Assembly: GCA_009859145.1 (NCBI GenBank) | Contig: VRVR01000018.1 | Span: 253,688-317,687 of the forward strand | Origin: Andalucia godoyi And28 | Taxonomy: Eukaryota; Protista; Jakobida | Length of the DNA: 64,000 bases | Reading direction: 5' to 3' | Shown: positions 62,429 to 64,000 of the stretch, piece by piece | How the letters are laid out: each line of letters opens with the position of its first letter | How positions within the stretch are numbered: position 1 is the first letter of the stretch | Notes under the pieces: model-generated | Told to the model about the DNA's origin: nothing | The model's database searches: none | What the model saw: the letters and a program-made list of their open reading frames with translations, nothing else | Made by a program: the position numbers and the translations under genes

Positions 62429-64000
62429 CTACAATTCTTGATGAGAATCGGAACCGTCTCCGTCGTTCGCAGTGGCGGCCTGACCGGCTTGGGCCTGGGC
62501 GGCGGCTTGTTGCTGCTGTTGTTCCTTCAACGCAGATCGTGACGTAGTGCCGGGACCGCGATACAGATTATAGTCCTTGTTGCGGAAGCTGGACATGTTG
62601 GCTCGCGTGGTCTTCTTGACGGAGCCTCTCTTTTTCTTCTTTTTCTTTTCTGTTCCATCGTCAGTCCCTTCTTCAGAAGAGGATTCGTCCAGATGCATTT
62701 GTGCTATGGCGGCGACATCAAAGCCGTCGAATACCACAACTTCGACACGCGACCGACCAATTCGATAAGCCGGAGCAGGCATGAAACACCCACAGTTGCA
62801 CTGCGCACCAAATGGATTCGCCTTTCCGAGCTTCGCTTCGCAGTGGGGGCAATCGATCTTGTCATCCTCGCCAACTTCAAAGACGTCATTGAATGCTTCT
62901 TCCGAGATGAAAAACGAGTCGCAGTCCAGCGCCTCCTGGCTCTTTGATCCGGAAGATTTCTTTCCAAAGTCGCGACTTCCTTTCACACCTTGAGAATGCG
63001 ACAAAACATCAGTTTCGCAAAAAAGAATCTTTCTGCACATCTTGCATGCGTACTCCAGGGCTTCACGTGTCTGGAGAGCCGGTTTGAGAGCAGACTTTGA
63101 CGACCCAGCAATCTTGGAATCTTCTGAGTTCTCTGCAAATTTCGTTCCTTCTTCCTGATCCTCTTCCTGATCCTCCTCCAGCACATCATCCTCACTCGAT
63201 TCTTGTGTCTTCTTTGTCTTTGTCTTTGTCTGCTGCTTCTGTTTCTTTGCGGCTACAGCGGGTTCCTCTTCTGAATCATCGTCATTCACTCGAGGCTTGT
63301 TTTTTTTCCCTCCCTTCTTGGGCTTCATGGAAGCACGAACGTTCTCCGCATCATCATCATCATCACTGTTTGCCGCTGCAGACTTTTTCTTGGCCAAAGC
63401 AGCGCTGTCCTCATCATCACTGCTGTCGCCTCGTCTCTTTCCCTTCTTGTTCTTCTTTTTCTTGTCATTGGCATCTGTGATCGATTCCGTCTTGGCGTCC
63501 TTTTCTTTTTCCTTTTCCTCATTCTTCTTCTTGGATTTCGACTCCTTTGAAGCCGCCGAATGCGCAACAGCACCCACAGCTTGGGCTGTAGAGGTTGCAA
63601 CCGAGGCACCCGAGGACGCAGCGCTTCCGGCTGCGGTTGTCGTCGTCGTTGTCGATGCGAATGACTCTGCTGCTTGAAGTGCCGCATCCTTTGTAGGATC
63701 GTACTCGGAAAGACCATAGAATTGGATAGCGTTTTCCAATGTTGTTGCGGCGATTTGCTTGACGGTCACACCGAGTTTTGCAGCCACGGTTTCCAAAATG
63801 TACGGGAAATTGGAGGGTTCGTTTCTGGTTTCTCGGATGAATGCATCTGGAATGTTCTGTGGCGTGTCAAACGGCGAATTGGACGCCAGCAAGAGCTTCG
63901 AAGCAGGGATCCTGGGCAGCAGATCCAGAACGGGATGCGGCTTCAGCGGATCGCAGATGACACCGGTGATCATGATGTAGCAATCAAGATCGAGGAACGC
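62429..64000 (-). CDS. TatD-family nuclease C-terminus fused to a Yvh1/DUSP12-type zinc-binding domain; 5'-partial
   Basis: FLDLDCYIMITG...IPASKLLLASNSPF...RNEP...TTLENAIQFYGL (TatD); YACKMCRKILF...CPHCEAKLG...QCNCG (Yvh1 zinc domain). Frame is open to the window edge. Confidence 0.8.
   Translation of the reverse strand, partial: AFLDLDCYIMITGVICDPLKPHPVLDLLPRIPASKLLLASNSPFDTPQNIPDAFIRETRNEPSNFPYILETVAAKLGVTVKQIAATTLENAIQFYGLSEYDPTKDAALQAAESFASTTTTTTAAGSAASSGASVATSTAQAVGAVAHSAASKESKSKKKNEEKEKEKDAKTESITDANDKKKKNKKGKRRGDSSDDEDSAALAKKKSAAANSDDDDDAENVRASMKPKKGGKKNKPRVNDDDSEEEPAVAAKKQKQQTKTKTKKTQESSEDDVLEEDQEEDQEEGTKFAENSEDSKIAGSSKSALKPALQTREALEYACKMCRKILFCETDVLSHSQGVKGSRDFGKKSSGSKSQEALDCDSFFISEEAFNDVFEVGEDDKIDCPHCEAKLGKANPFGAQCNCGCFMPAPAYRIGRSRVEVVVFDGFDVAAIAQMHLDESSSEEGTDDGTEKKKKKKRGSVKKTTRANMSSFRNKDYNLYRGPGTTSRSALKEQQQQQAAAQAQAGQAATANDGDGSDSHQEL

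Noticed and set aside
1-64000. CRISPR array, tRNA or rRNA genes
   Set aside because: No regularly spaced repeat-spacer pattern, and no cloverleaf or rRNA signature recognised by eye.

Overview
Gene-dense, intron-poor eukaryotic DNA, probably from a heterotrophic protist (organism not identifiable from sequence alone). It carries about 28 candidate protein-coding genes (several only tentative) separated by short AT-rich, microsatellite-rich spacers. Recognisable genes include the cap N7-methyltransferase, a mitochondrial carrier, PIG-V, a divergent IP3 receptor, an F-box protein, RanBP1, PITP, pantothenate kinase, delta-COP, an SDR, SET1, SBDS and a 3,240-aa REJ/GAIN polycystin-1-like protein, plus a U2 snRNA gene. 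Three GT-AG introns are inferred. The most striking signal is not in the long ORFs: four short dispersed insertions (4138-4665 +, 35062-35564 -, 18691-18943 +, 59244-59496 +) all begin at CCG and end in AAYGTAGGCG. Two are different internal-deletion derivatives of a TnpB-derived Fanzor2 nuclease element; one keeps the RuvC-II/zinc-finger region and the other keeps the N-terminus. Both end in a structured, covarying omegaRNA-like right end. The other two are 253-bp ORF-less elements resembling guide-RNA-only ghost loci. Other notable items are a secreted, intron-containing CHAP amidase, a gustatory-receptor-like 7TM channel, an IP3R with a GRAM insertion and a degenerate pore/zinc site, and a TatD-Yvh1 zinc-finger fusion. 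All domain calls come from motif recognition by eye; no database searches were run.
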